IMG/VR virus record: IMGVR_UViG_3300032308_002491
Coordinates: 1-27,934 of that record
Source: a virus
Lineage: Duplodnaviria > Caudoviricetes
Strand: one strand, 5' to 3'
DNA: 27,934 bases
The first letter of the stretch is position 1, and the number at the start of each line of letters is the position of its first letter. Both the position numbers and the translations under genes were made by a program. The notes beneath the pieces were generated by a model. That model did not search any database and was not told the DNA's origin. It saw nothing but the letters and a program-made list of their open reading frames with translations. Of this stretch, positions 1-10,435 are shown one piece after another.

Positions 1-330
1 CGTGAAGAACGCAAACCATTACTTGCGGCACAAGATGTTGAATATTTAAAAGCATTAGAAGTTAATGGTGATACAACAGAAATCATCAAAGAAAAAAAGC
101 GTCTGCGTGATATTACAAAACTTGCAGATGATGCAACAACACTAGACGAATTAAAAGAATTGAAAGCAGAAAAACCAAAACCTCCTGAACCAATTATTCC
201 TGTAGATCCCGTTGTGCCTGATGAACCAGTTTTACCAACTGACCCAATCCTACCAACACCTCTGGATCCTGTTGCCCCGGAATCAAAAGTCAAAATACCG
301 TTAGGAAATTTAATTGTGAGGATTGACTAA
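1..330 (+). CDS. Phage tail-fibre assembly chaperone-like protein, 5'-truncated by the window, with Pro-rich C-terminal extension
   Basis: Not in the ORF track. Frame 1 is open from base 1 to TAA at 328-330 and reads REERKPLLAAQDVEYLKALEVNGDTTEIIKEKKRLRDITKLADDATTLDELK..., matching the R..R..LL...D.../LRDIT pattern of tail assembly chaperones. The stop overlaps the next start (TAATG). Confidence 0.65.
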   Translation, partial: REERKPLLAAQDVEYLKALEVNGDTTEIIKEKKRLRDITKLADDATTLDELKELKAEKPKPPEPIIPVDPVVPDEPVLPTDPILPTPLDPVAPESKVKIPLGNLIVRID

Positions 331-860
331 TGACGTTAGTTTTAAGCGGCAATACAGGGTCTGCATTAGATGGAATTAAAAATAGTTTGATGTTTCTTGA
401 AACAGCAAAAGCAACAACAAGTGGCACGTCTATTGATTTTACTGGCATACCAAGTTGGGCAAAAAAAATCACAATTATATTTAATGAAGTTTCTTTAAGT
501 GCCTCTGCGCAACTTTTAATTCAATTAGGAACAACGTCAGGTTATGAAACAACCGGTTACTTGTCGACAACAGTTTACATAACTACGGCGTCGTCGACAA
601 CAGGTACAAGTGCAACAAATGGGTTTGTAATATTTAGTAATAACTCCACTACAAATACAACTGGCCATTTAGCAATAATCACGCTTGGATCAAATTTATG
701 GGTTTCAAATGGCGTTACAAGACAAACCACTTCACAAATGACGATTAATTCTGGAGTTAAAACTACGGCCGCAACAGTTGATCGCTTGAGAATTACGACT
801 ACAAGCACAGATACTTTTGATAATGGCTCTGTCAACATTTTAATTGAGGGTTATGTATAA
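330..860 (+). CDS. Putative tail fibre / virion beta-sandwich protein
   Basis: Ser/Thr/Gly-rich 176 aa (TSGTSIDFTGIPSWAKKITI...TFDNGSVNILIEG), typical of phage fibre tip domains; start overlaps the chaperone stop codon. Confidence 0.55.
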   Translation: MTLVLSGNTGSALDGIKNSLMFLETAKATTSGTSIDFTGIPSWAKKITIIFNEVSLSASAQLLIQLGTTSGYETTGYLSTTVYITTASSTTGTSATNGFVIFSNNSTTNTTGHLAIITLGSNLWVSNGVTRQTTSQMTINSGVKTTAATVDRLRITTTSTDTFDNGSVNILIEGYV

Positions 861-1180
861 TGGCAGCGGATGCGACAGAAAAAATACTAGAAAAATTAAT
901 TGATTCGATGCACGCAAAAATGGCGCAAGGTTTTGGCTCTAAAGCTGTAAAACCTGTTGCGGCAATCGAAGAAGCATTAGAAGATGCTAAAGAAGATAAA
1001 GAAGAAAATGAGATGGAAGAACCAAAAGTTCCATCAATTTTTGAAAAATGGTTGCAATCTGAAAACGAGAAAAAAGTTGCGCCAAAGAAAAATCAAATGA
1101 TTGTTTCAAAAACTCAAATCACTATGGCGCCAAAGAAAAAGTCTGACAATAAAACGCCATTTGTTGTAGGGAAAAAATGA
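860..1180 (+). CDS. Hypothetical protein (Lys/Glu-rich)
   Basis: 106-aa ORF overlapping both neighbours (TAATG, ATGA); GAGG upstream. Confidence 0.6.
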   Translation: MAADATEKILEKLIDSMHAKMAQGFGSKAVKPVAAIEEALEDAKEDKEENEMEEPKVPSIFEKWLQSENEKKVAPKKNQMIVSKTQITMAPKKKSDNKTPFVVGKK

Positions 1181-2130
1181 GTTACTCAACTGCGGAATTG
1201 TTAGCATCTATCAAACGCAACCAAACAATTGCTGCGTCATCATTTCGTTTTGATGACACGGATTTACTCGCAATGGCTGACGAAGAAATCCAAGACGTCA
1301 TTATTCCCATGATTTTACGATTGCATAGTGACAGACTTCTTTACACAGAAGTGCAACAAGTCGTCGCGAATAAAAAATCTTATACGATGCCTTATCGTGC
1401 GATTGGCGGACAGTTGCGGGAATTATTTTTTCAAGATGATTTATTAAACCCAACACTCACGCGTGATTTAAGATTGTATGATTATACATACGGCGTGCAA
1501 ATTACGACACCAGGAAATCCGTTAGGTTTTTATTTTTCAAGTAACACTGTTAATTTGGTGCCAACTCCAAATTCAAATTATGGGTATTTAAATTTCACAT
1601 ATCCCATTCAGCATAATAGTTTGGTGTTAAGTTCAGCTGTCGCTGTTGTGCAATCTGTAGATTTGGAAGCAGGAGATGTGACACTTACAAGTTTACCGCC
1701 CTCGACGTTTTCTGCTTCGGTTTATTGTGACTTTATTCAAGCAAACCCACGGTGCAATCCGCGTATTTTATCATTTGATAAACAAATTCTCGGCGTCAAC
1801 GATCAAGTCTTATCATTCAATCCATCCGATATTCCGGATGAATTGGTAGCAGGTGATCGTGTGACACTTGCAGGTCAAACTGACACGCTTTTATTGCCGG
1901 ATGAGTGTTATAAATACTTATCAAAAGCGATTGAATTAAAAATAATTGAAGCACAAAAAGACTTGCAAGCGTACACGGCGTTTAAACCACAACTTAATGA
2001 GTTGCGCCGAATTATGGAAAATATTTTAACGCCAAGAATTACGGGTGAGCCTAAGATTATTATCAACCGCAACGGATTTTTAAATCGCAGAATGCGTAGA
2101 AAAGTTTTACCGAACATTACAATTTCTTAA
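1177..2130 (+). CDS. Putative head-tail adaptor / tail tubular protein A-like
   Basis: 317 aa immediately upstream of the nozzle-like gene; N-terminal helical pattern (ELLASIKR...FDDTDLLAMADEE...YTMP) resembles podovirus adaptors. Function is inferred from position. Confidence 0.5.
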   Translation: MSYSTAELLASIKRNQTIAASSFRFDDTDLLAMADEEIQDVIIPMILRLHSDRLLYTEVQQVVANKKSYTMPYRAIGGQLRELFFQDDLLNPTLTRDLRLYDYTYGVQITTPGNPLGFYFSSNTVNLVPTPNSNYGYLNFTYPIQHNSLVLSSAVAVVQSVDLEAGDVTLTSLPPSTFSASVYCDFIQANPRCNPRILSFDKQILGVNDQVLSFNPSDIPDELVAGDRVTLAGQTDTLLLPDECYKYLSKAIELKIIEAQKDLQAYTAFKPQLNELRRIMENILTPRITGEPKIIINRNGFLNRRMRRKVLPNITIS

Positions 2131-2139
2131 AGGTTGTAA

Positions 2140-5133
2140 ATGCAAATTACACAATTTAAAGGTTTAAATTTACAACAAAATAGCTTTCAAGATAGCGCGC
2201 AGGGCTTCTTAGAAATTGCAGAAAACATCATCTTTGCACAAGATGACATCATTCAAAAAAGAAACGGTTACGCCACATTTTTAAGTTCACCGCCCCCAAG
2301 TCCTGTTGATATTATTGATTACAAGAATAAATTAATTCTCACATCGCGCACGACAATTTCACGAATCGATCAGACAATTGCAGGCGATTTTCAGTCGATT
2401 ACAACTTTGCTTGGCCAAACATTTACAATTAGTTTACCGCGTTCGGCACAAGCAGGCGGGAATTTATTTATTCCAAGCAATAATTTTATTATAAAACTTG
2501 AAGACACAACGTCCTCATTATTAAAAGCAGGTGTGAATAAAGCGCCTGACTTGTTGTACTTGCCGTTAGGTTCCGGATCCAATTATGCTGTCAATACCGG
2601 AATCCACGCACCGGACACACAAATAGGCTATCGGGTTTTATTTGGCAGAAAAGATGTTAATCAAAATTTAATTTTAGGTGCGCCATCTGAATTTACCCAA
2701 ACAGCGAATTTATTAATTACGGCAACGTCAATCTCAATTGCAACTTCAAACGTGACCGTAACGTATGCCGCGCATGGACTTGTCACGAATGATTTCGTCA
2801 CAATTAAAAACGCAAATGGCACTATTCCCGTGCCTGATGGTGAGTACGTTGTAACGGGTTATACAACCAACACGTTTACAATTAGTACCGCAGCTGTGCT
2901 GACAGCAACAGCAAACTCAACAGCATTAAAGTTTGGGAAACGCATTCAACCACAATTAGAATTTACAATACCCGCAGATGTAAACTCAACGGCGTTTTTA
3001 TATCGTATTTATCGTAGCAACGCGTCGATTAACAATGACGTTGAGCCTGATGAGAGCACGCTACAACTTATTTATGAAGCAAACGTCACAAGTGGACAGC
3101 TTGCAACGGGCTATATCAATTACACAGATACAGTCGATGATTTATTTAAAAGCGCATATCTCTATACAAACCCAAACACAGGCGAGGGCGAGACTGAAGC
3201 AAACTTTCCGCCGCCTGTTGGGTTAGATATTGCATTATTTAAAAATCATTTATTTATTGCAAATACTACAAGCAATTACACGCTTGATGTGTCTTTAATT
3301 CGCTCAAGCGCTTCAACGTTCACCAATGGTGATTACGTTGATATACTGCAAACCAATAACAATAACTTAAGCACAACAGCATTATGGCAAAGCGGGACAA
3401 CAGTCCGTTATACGACAAGCTCAACAATTGATTTTATTGTCGGGATGTATGTTGATATTACCGGGTTTGCCACTGCCGCAAATAATGGCAGATTTATCAT
3501 CACATCAAAAGCGTCAAGTTATATTCAAGTGACAAACCCCGGACGCACAAGTTCCACGGGCGACGAAACCACAGCACAAGCACAAATCATGCCAATAAGA
3601 AGATATACAGCCGCTTCTAGCAATTCTTATAATACAGCTGCTGGTGGGAACTTTGCGCTCACAACCTCAAGCCCCTCTGTGAGTGTGAATATAGACACCA
3701 CAGCACGGGCACTCTGTCGTGTGATTAATCGCGATAATTATAGTAACATTTATGCAAGCTATACAAGCACATCTCAAAGTGTTGTGGGACAAATGTTTTT
3801 CTATAGCAGACTGATAGATGATATGTTTGTTTTGCAAGCAAGTAGCGCAACTGTGGGTGCAAACTTTAGCCCGAATATTCCAAACGCGTTTGATGATTAT
3901 TCAGTCACAGGAACGAATACCCAGTTACCAAACGGTATTTATATTAGCAAAGAGTCAGAATTTGAGGCGTTCCCACTTTTGTCTTATTTGCTTGTGGGCT
4001 CAAAGACAGCACAAATTCAGCGCATCATTCCATTAAAGAACTCGCTCATTATTATTAAAGAAGATGGTGTATTCAGACTGTCAGGCAACAATCGTTCTGA
4101 TTTTTTGGTGACGCCAATTGATTTGACAATATTTTGTAACGCACCGGAAAGTGCCGTGGATACTGACAATGTAATTTTCGTCTGCACAACTTCAGGCGTT
4201 GCACGCATTACAGAATCTGCGGTGAGTATCGTAAGCAGACCGATTGAGCCTGTGTTGCACGCTGTGTTTACGAATGCGAATTTTTACGACCAAACATTCG
4301 CCGCGGTTGTGCCCTCTGACCGCCACTATTTTTTGACAACACTACAACCCAATAATGCGGGCGCAACGACTTACGTTTATAATTTGCTCGCTGACAAATG
4401 GTCAACGTCCACAATTCTTTATAGACGCGGTGTGATAAAATTTGCTGACAACACACATTATGCCATCTCAAGCGAAGAGAACTTAATAAAAGCCCGCAAA
4501 ACAAGCACACGACTTGATTTTTGCGATGAGAGCGCACAGGTCATCGCAATTTCAGAAGTTGCCGCAGACAAGCTCTCATGCAGAATTATTAGCCCGCTAC
4601 CCATTGGTGATGGTGATGTCATCGCGTGGCAAAGCTCAATCAATCGTATTGATAGAATCGTTGATGGCATTTATTATTTTGTCCGTCAGATTAATTTTAC
4701 AGACACAGACTTACCGTTTCACTATCGCGCGATTACAAGCACCTGGGCGATGGCGCCGATTGGTCTTAATGAAGAAATTTTAAAACAGTTTTCCGAGTTG
4801 AGTCTAAATTGTCGCAACACAGCGATCACCCACTTAGATATCGGGTTTATCTCTGACAACGCCGAGACCGTCTTTAAAAAATGGTCAGCGACAACCGCAA
4901 ACCTCGCTTGGGGTATTTCCCCATGGGGCTATTTCCCTTGGGGCGCAGGGGAAACTATCAACTTAAATTTCACAACATACAGTGCGCAACCGGTGCGGAT
5001 TTTTATACCTGTGGATACTCAAATCACAACCTGGCTCAAGCCAAAATTCCGCCACGGCGAAGCCGCAGAGCTTATCAATTTACAATCCATGAATTTAAAA
5101 GTGCGTAATATTTCAGAGCGCATATCAAAATAA
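2140..5133 (+). CDS. Putative tail nozzle / tail tubular protein B (P22 gp10- or T7 gp12-like) with inserted beta-rich domains
   Basis: 997 aa, beta-rich. N-terminus FKGLN...AENI...IQKRNGY and propeller-like segments (IALFKNHLFIAN; IYISKESEFEAFP; LIIIKEDGVFRLSG) are typical of podovirus nozzle proteins. WG-rich C-terminus. Confidence 0.6.
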   Translation: MQITQFKGLNLQQNSFQDSAQGFLEIAENIIFAQDDIIQKRNGYATFLSSPPPSPVDIIDYKNKLILTSRTTISRIDQTIAGDFQSITTLLGQTFTISLPRSAQAGGNLFIPSNNFIIKLEDTTSSLLKAGVNKAPDLLYLPLGSGSNYAVNTGIHAPDTQIGYRVLFGRKDVNQNLILGAPSEFTQTANLLITATSISIATSNVTVTYAAHGLVTNDFVTIKNANGTIPVPDGEYVVTGYTTNTFTISTAAVLTATANSTALKFGKRIQPQLEFTIPADVNSTAFLYRIYRSNASINNDVEPDESTLQLIYEANVTSGQLATGYINYTDTVDDLFKSAYLYTNPNTGEGETEANFPPPVGLDIALFKNHLFIANTTSNYTLDVSLIRSSASTFTNGDYVDILQTNNNNLSTTALWQSGTTVRYTTSSTIDFIVGMYVDITGFATAANNGRFIITSKASSYIQVTNPGRTSSTGDETTAQAQIMPIRRYTAASSNSYNTAAGGNFALTTSSPSVSVNIDTTARALCRVINRDNYSNIYASYTSTSQSVVGQMFFYSRLIDDMFVLQASSATVGANFSPNIPNAFDDYSVTGTNTQLPNGIYISKESEFEAFPLLSYLLVGSKTAQIQRIIPLKNSLIIIKEDGVFRLSGNNRSDFLVTPIDLTIFCNAPESAVDTDNVIFVCTTSGVARITESAVSIVSRPIEPVLHAVFTNANFYDQTFAAVVPSDRHYFLTTLQPNNAGATTYVYNLLADKWSTSTILYRRGVIKFADNTHYAISSEENLIKARKTSTRLDFCDESAQVIAISEVAADKLSCRIISPLPIGDGDVIAWQSSINRIDRIVDGIYYFVRQINFTDTDLPFHYRAITSTWAMAPIGLNEEILKQFSELSLNCRNTAITHLDIGFISDNAETVFKKWSATTANLAWGISPWGYFPWGAGETINLNFTTYSAQPVRIFIPVDTQITTWLKPKFRHGEAAELINLQSMNLKVRNISERISK

Positions 5134-5146
5134 AAAGGAGTGCCTC

Positions 5147-7126
5147 TTGGATAGAATTTACTACGCAAGTGACACGATCGAAAAAGCATCACAAAAAGTG
5201 ATGGAGATTGTTAGATTCCAACAGCAAAAAATGTTCTCGAGTGTGGGAATTGCGAATGTGTGGAATCGCAACTCGGAAGTTTATTACCGGAACAGTTTAA
5301 TTGATATTTTGAATTTCACAGGCGAGCAAGGCGAGCTCATTGGTATGAGTGTCCCACAAGCCCGATCTCTTGTGAGACAGATGATTTCTATCATCACGAA
5401 ACAAAAGTTGCAATTTGCAGCAAAAATGCGAAGTCGCGACTATAGCGCCTTTGGCAACGGACAGATTGCAGAGTCACTCGCAAATCAAATTGTGAAAGAC
5501 CAATCGCTCGATGAGAAAATCGACAGGCTCGCAGAGCTTACATATTTGCACGGGCAATGTTTTTGGCACGTGACTTGGGATTCCGAAGCTGGGCGACGGG
5601 TTGATACCGGCATGAGTGAGGCAATGCCTGATGGGATGCCCAGTGCGCCAGTGATGAGTGGTGATGTGAATATACAAGTCGCAAGTGCTAAATACGTTTA
5701 CTACGATTGGAACGAAGAAGATTGGAACAATTTACATTGCGTGACTGTTGCTAAACGCATGAACCGTTGGGATCTCATTGCGCAACATCCAGAGATGGAA
5801 GATGAGCTTAGAAAAATTCCGAATTTCAACCGAATTTTAAACGGGTTTACAACAACCATCGCATCGTTTGATGACACACTGACACGCACAGATGATTTGA
5901 TCCTTGTCTATTATTATTATCATAAACCAACCCCTGCGGTTCCCCAGGGTCGCATGATCATCATGTGCAGCGAGAAATGCGTATTATACGATGGCGCAAA
6001 CATTTATGAATGCTTGCCCGTGATTCCTTGCATGCCTGAAAAACTTGATGACTTTTTATTGGGCTATCCACAATTCTCAAACCTCGCACCGTTGCAGGAA
6101 ATGCTGGATATCAACTTTAGCACAATGGCAACGAATCAATCTGCATTTGGTGTGCAATCTGTTTTAAATCCTAGAGGCTCTAATATCGATATCACAGAAA
6201 TATATGGGATGCGTTGGATTGATTACACACCGCAGGGCAATGATGGCGGCGGTAAACCTGAACCCTTGCAACTCACGCGCTCTGCTCCTGAAATTATGGA
6301 CGGCATTAAAATTTATATTGATAACTTGGGCACACTTGCAAACATCAACAGTGCGCTGCGGGGCACACCGCCGCCTGGTGTGACAGCGGGAAATGCGATT
6401 GCAACGTTAACCGCAAATTCTATTGAATTTTTTAGTTCATTTTCAAAAGCCATCTTTGCAAGCATTGAGAATACAATTACGCTTGCGGTGAAATTCTATA
6501 AAATGCTAGGGGCAGAAGAACAACTTACGGTTATTTCTGACGGTAACATTTCTTATTTAAAAGAATTTAAGGCATCAGATTTGCGCGAATTTGAAAGAGT
6601 CTCGCTTGAAATCACAAACCCACTGATGGCAACAATTGCTGGCCGTCGCGACCAAGCAGAGATTTTGTTGAGCAAGGGATTAATTAAAGACATCGGCGAT
6701 TATTTCATGGTTCTTGAGGGTGAACCGCCTAAACGGTTATGGAATTCAGAACTCAATGAGTCGGCTTTAATTCAAAAAGAAAACGATGACCTCACCAAAG
6801 GCATTCAGTGTCCTGTGTTGTATACCGATAATCACGCATTACATATTGAGAAACATAAGGACATTTTGCGCAATCCGGAATTCCGCAGAAATGGGAATAT
6901 TCAAGAAATCTTAAACCACATGGAACAGCACGAGCAATTTATCAGTCAGCAACAGCAAGCGATGATGCCGCAGCAACCCATGCAACCGGGGCAACCGGGG
7001 CAACCGCCGCAGCAAAATGGAATGCCGCCGGTTGAGCAAGAGCCAACGCCGGAAGTTGCGGCGATTGAAGATAGACAGCAACAATCTAAACCGGCAACAC
7101 CTGCGGAACCTGAAATTAGCTTTTGA
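5147..7126 (+). CDS. Portal protein
   Basis: 659 aa, TTG start with AAAGGAG SD at about 5134-5140. Portal-like segments (GQCFWHVTWD; PVIP...LGYPQFSNLAPLQEMLD; ALRGTPPPGVTAGNAIATL; DNHALHIEKH) and a Gln/Pro-rich C-terminal tail. Confidence 0.8.
   Translation: MDRIYYASDTIEKASQKVMEIVRFQQQKMFSSVGIANVWNRNSEVYYRNSLIDILNFTGEQGELIGMSVPQARSLVRQMISIITKQKLQFAAKMRSRDYSAFGNGQIAESLANQIVKDQSLDEKIDRLAELTYLHGQCFWHVTWDSEAGRRVDTGMSEAMPDGMPSAPVMSGDVNIQVASAKYVYYDWNEEDWNNLHCVTVAKRMNRWDLIAQHPEMEDELRKIPNFNRILNGFTTTIASFDDTLTRTDDLILVYYYYHKPTPAVPQGRMIIMCSEKCVLYDGANIYECLPVIPCMPEKLDDFLLGYPQFSNLAPLQEMLDINFSTMATNQSAFGVQSVLNPRGSNIDITEIYGMRWIDYTPQGNDGGGKPEPLQLTRSAPEIMDGIKIYIDNLGTLANINSALRGTPPPGVTAGNAIATLTANSIEFFSSFSKAIFASIENTITLAVKFYKMLGAEEQLTVISDGNISYLKEFKASDLREFERVSLEITNPLMATIAGRRDQAEILLSKGLIKDIGDYFMVLEGEPPKRLWNSELNESALIQKENDDLTKGIQCPVLYTDNHALHIEKHKDILRNPEFRRNGNIQEILNHMEQHEQFISQQQQAMMPQQPMQPGQPGQPPQQNGMPPVEQEPTPEVAAIEDRQQQSKPATPAEPEISF
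6982..7006 (+). repeat. 9-bp tandem repeat (GCAACCGGG x2.8) encoding QPG repeats in the portal tail
   Basis: gcaaccggg gcaaccggg gcaaccg read directly. Confidence 0.8.
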
Positions 7127-7128
7127 CG

Positions 7129-7146
7129 TGATGTGACGTCACATCA
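7129..7146. promoter_or_regulatory. Perfect 18-bp palindrome TGATGTGACGTCACATCA (possible operator or hairpin)
   Basis: Lies in the 38-bp gap between the portal stop and the next gene. The palindrome is certain; its function is not. Confidence 0.5.
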
Positions 7147-7164
7147 ATTTAAAGGATTTTAAAC

Positions 7165-8379
7165 ATGCCGATAGTCTTTAGAAAAATTGATAATTTAGTC
7201 AGTAACCCAAAAAACGAAGCGGCACCCATAGGCGGCGGGTCGGGTGCTCAAAATAATCAAAACCCATACGTCTCAACGTTTCGCAACCCAAGCGATGTGT
7301 TGAGTGCAAACATCAACGAAAAGCAAGGCGACTTGGACACAGGGTTAAATCAGAACATCAAAGATGCACAGAGCAACTTAGACAAGTCAACGCAAACATA
7401 TACAGACAATTTAAAGAATATTGAAAACGAGAAAACCTACGCAGGCAAGGATGAGTTGAACAAAATAGATGATGGCCAATTCTCAAAATTGCAATCATTA
7501 TTGAGTCCGGAAGAGCGGCAAAAGCGCATGGACACAACCGCATCTTCAACAAAATATATCAATCCTGATACGAGCGCAGTCGCCGCAGCAAGTAGCGTGC
7601 AAGGTCTCTCAAACCAATTGCGGAATCAGTACAACACAACCGCTGGGGGTTCCAGGCTTGATGCGCTGTTGTATCGCAACAGTGGGCAAGCAGGACAAGC
7701 CTTAAATAAAAATTTAAGTGATATTAATAATTTTAATACAACCCGTGAAAATTATTTGAACAATGAAAATGCCGCGCTTGCAAATGCAAAATCAAACCTC
7801 GCCAACACTGCAAATACAGTGAGAAGTGATGTGCAAGGATTAAAACAACAACTCGGCACAACAGCACAACAGCAAGCAACGGATGCGCAAAATACGTTCA
7901 ACACATCCCGGCAGAATTTGTTGAATAACGAAATTCCCGAATTGCAAGCAAACACAATCCAAAATCTGCTTAAAGATGTGGCATTACAAAATAATTTGAC
8001 GCAATATTTGCCTGGACAAAATCAACGTTCCTTATTTCAATATGTTCCAAACATTGACCCATCTCTTTATGTGTCACCTGAAAGAACATTTGACCAATCT
8101 CAATTCTTAGATTCGAGATTTAATAAGCTAGCAGGCTTACTGGGAGAAGAACAAATCGCACCATCTGCAAGTCCTGCTGATACAAACGTTGCGTTTAATC
8201 GTGATGAGTATCTCAACAATTTGCAAGAAAGCGCGCGGCCTGACCTGTTGCGATTCTTACAATCGCGAGTCCCAGCACCGCCCCCAAGCTCAACAACAAC
8301 GCTAGGTTTATTACCAACACTAACGAACGCAGTTAGTAATTTCCCACTAGTGAGGGGAATTAGTAATGTATTTGGTTAA
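7165..8379 (+). CDS. Putative internal virion / DNA ejection protein
   Basis: 404 aa, Asn/Gln-rich and coiled-coil-like; AAGGA SD; first gene of an ejection-like cluster. Confidence 0.5.
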   Translation: MPIVFRKIDNLVSNPKNEAAPIGGGSGAQNNQNPYVSTFRNPSDVLSANINEKQGDLDTGLNQNIKDAQSNLDKSTQTYTDNLKNIENEKTYAGKDELNKIDDGQFSKLQSLLSPEERQKRMDTTASSTKYINPDTSAVAAASSVQGLSNQLRNQYNTTAGGSRLDALLYRNSGQAGQALNKNLSDINNFNTTRENYLNNENAALANAKSNLANTANTVRSDVQGLKQQLGTTAQQQATDAQNTFNTSRQNLLNNEIPELQANTIQNLLKDVALQNNLTQYLPGQNQRSLFQYVPNIDPSLYVSPERTFDQSQFLDSRFNKLAGLLGEEQIAPSASPADTNVAFNRDEYLNNLQESARPDLLRFLQSRVPAPPPSSTTTLGLLPTLTNAVSNFPLVRGISNVFG

Positions 8380-8400
8380 AGTCTATGAGGTATTATGTAA

Positions 8401-9447
8401 ATGGATCCGATTACTTTAAGTATACTCGGCGGTGCAACACTCGGCGGCGGATTGTTAAATTATTTCGGCGCCGAAAATGCACGGAAAGACGTCGCGTCAG
8501 AACGCGCACGGATTGCAGCACTCGCTGATGCAATACAAAGCCCTGAATTTGATATGAGCACGATCACACCCGAAGAGTTCAAACTTTTGGGTCAATACAA
8601 TCCCGAAATGTTGCCGCTCATTCAAGAAAAAGCACCCGAAATTGTACAACGTTCAATAGCGGGCGAGCAAGGCCAAGACGCGATGCTCAACTCGCTTCAG
8701 CGTTTGCGGAACCTGTCAAACACAGGTGCTGATGCACAGAGTCAAGCAATGGTTGAGCAAGCCATGCGCAATGCTGCAATCCAAAATCAAGGACAACAGG
8801 CTGGAATTTTAGATAATGCAAGCAGACGTGGTTTTGCGCCAGGTAGCGGTTTAGCGTTTGCACAAGCTCTTTCATCACAACAAAATGCGAATCAATCGGC
8901 ATCGCAAGCGGGCACACAAGCAGCACTCGCGGCATATCAAAACCGTTTGCAAGCATTAAAAGATTCTGCAAACCTTGGCGGTCAAATTGAAGCAAATGAT
9001 TTGAATTTGCAAGGTCGCAACGCGGATATTATCAATGCGTTTAATCAGAGAATGGCAGATAGTCGCCGCAACCAAGCAATGTTCAACACAACAAATTTAA
9101 ACGATGCCCAGAGGACAAACTTGGCAGCCCAACAATCTAACCAAGACCGCAACACTGCTTTAAGAAATCAAGCAAAATACGAACAACGCGATTTTAGAAA
9201 CCAAACAGCACAGCAACAATATCAAAACCAGTTGAATAAACTTGCTGCACAAACGGGCGCATCGCAGGGAAGCATCAACGATATCAGAGCAAACGCTCAA
9301 GACAGAGCAAATTTAATCAGCGGGGCTACAAATACCGCATTAGCGTTGGGCGGCTTGTACAAATCAAATCCGACACAACAACCAAGCCCAAAATATAACA
9401 ATATGTACTCCGGAGGCGGTTATGGCGACAGTGCGTTTACTGGGTGA
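8401..9447 (+). CDS. Putative DNA ejection (pilot) protein, P22 gp7-like composition
   Basis: Hydrophobic Gly-rich N-terminus (MDPITLSILGGATLGGGLLNYFGA), Gln/Ala/Asn-rich body and Gly/Ala-rich C-terminus. Confidence 0.6.
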   Translation: MDPITLSILGGATLGGGLLNYFGAENARKDVASERARIAALADAIQSPEFDMSTITPEEFKLLGQYNPEMLPLIQEKAPEIVQRSIAGEQGQDAMLNSLQRLRNLSNTGADAQSQAMVEQAMRNAAIQNQGQQAGILDNASRRGFAPGSGLAFAQALSSQQNANQSASQAGTQAALAAYQNRLQALKDSANLGGQIEANDLNLQGRNADIINAFNQRMADSRRNQAMFNTTNLNDAQRTNLAAQQSNQDRNTALRNQAKYEQRDFRNQTAQQQYQNQLNKLAAQTGASQGSINDIRANAQDRANLISGATNTALALGGLYKSNPTQQPSPKYNNMYSGGGYGDSAFTG

Positions 9448-10435
9448 AGACGCAAACCCTGATATTTATCAAACATTGCTGCAAAACTACAAAACAAAAG
9501 CGGCAGAGTTGCCACAAGTGTCTGATGCAGAAATCGAAAACGCTAAGCAGATGCAACAGTACGGGACACTTGCTAATGCTGTGTCAAAACTTGTTTCAAG
9601 CGCTGGTTCGTTTCAAGGCCAGCAAGCAAAGCCCATGGACTTTTCAGAGCTGGGAGAGTCCGGCATGCGTGACGTTGCATTAAAACGTCAACAGCAACAA
9701 GACAAACTCAATCTGTTGAATTCAGAGTATGGAAAAGATTTACAAGCTCAACAAGCCAAAGACGCAGCGATTGCGGGGAAAGCAGCAGCTCGCAGACAAG
9801 CAGAGATGGATCAATTCACGCGTATTAAACAAAACCAAGAATTAGAAAAAGGAAGCTACACAGAGGGGCAAAAGAAATTAGATGCAGACTATGCAAAAGA
9901 CTACAACGATTGGACAACAACTGGTCGCGCGCAGGCAGCTAAAAGTCTAGAAAAATTGAGAGAATCTTTAAATCTGTTGAAAAAAGAAGCATCCTCAAAC
10001 GTGCCAATGATTTCAGGACGGAATGTGGGAACTCTACCTGAATTCTTGAGACCTACACGCTCTCGCGTTGTGGAACAAAACGTCCAAGAGACAGCACAAG
10101 CAGGTTTAAAAGCTGTCTTGGGGACTGCATTTACAAAAGATGAAGGCGAGCGAATTTTAAAAACATCGTACGACAAAACTTTACCTGAAACTGAAAATAT
10201 TAAAAAAGTGGAAGCGATTATTAAAGAGTTGGAAGAGCGAATCGCAAACCAAGAATCAAAACGTGCAGCTTTTGAGAACGATGGAACATTAAGAAAATGG
10301 AAAGCCCCATTTTACTACCCTGAACCAAAACCCTCAATAAATACCCAAACATCACCTACGGCCGGGGGAGAAACTAAAGTCATAAACGGAAAAACATATA
10401 AGAAAGTACAAGGCGGCTGGGAGGTAGTGAATTAA
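9422..10435 (+). CDS. Putative DNA ejection protein
   Basis: 337 aa, helical and Gln/Lys/Ala-rich; ends in GETKVINGKTYKKVQGGW, a motif type common at the end of phage ejection proteins; stop overlaps the next start (TAATG). Confidence 0.55.
   Translation: MATVRLLGEDANPDIYQTLLQNYKTKAAELPQVSDAEIENAKQMQQYGTLANAVSKLVSSAGSFQGQQAKPMDFSELGESGMRDVALKRQQQQDKLNLLNSEYGKDLQAQQAKDAAIAGKAAARRQAEMDQFTRIKQNQELEKGSYTEGQKKLDADYAKDYNDWTTTGRAQAAKSLEKLRESLNLLKKEASSNVPMISGRNVGTLPEFLRPTRSRVVEQNVQETAQAGLKAVLGTAFTKDEGERILKTSYDKTLPETENIKKVEAIIKELEERIANQESKRAAFENDGTLRKWKAPFYYPEPKPSINTQTSPTAGGETKVINGKTYKKVQGGWEVVN

Noticed and set aside
8376-8403. dif/Xer site (TTATGTAAAT resembles a XerD arm)
   Set aside because: No XerC-like arm at 6-bp spacing; the sequence is the SD and start region of the next gene.
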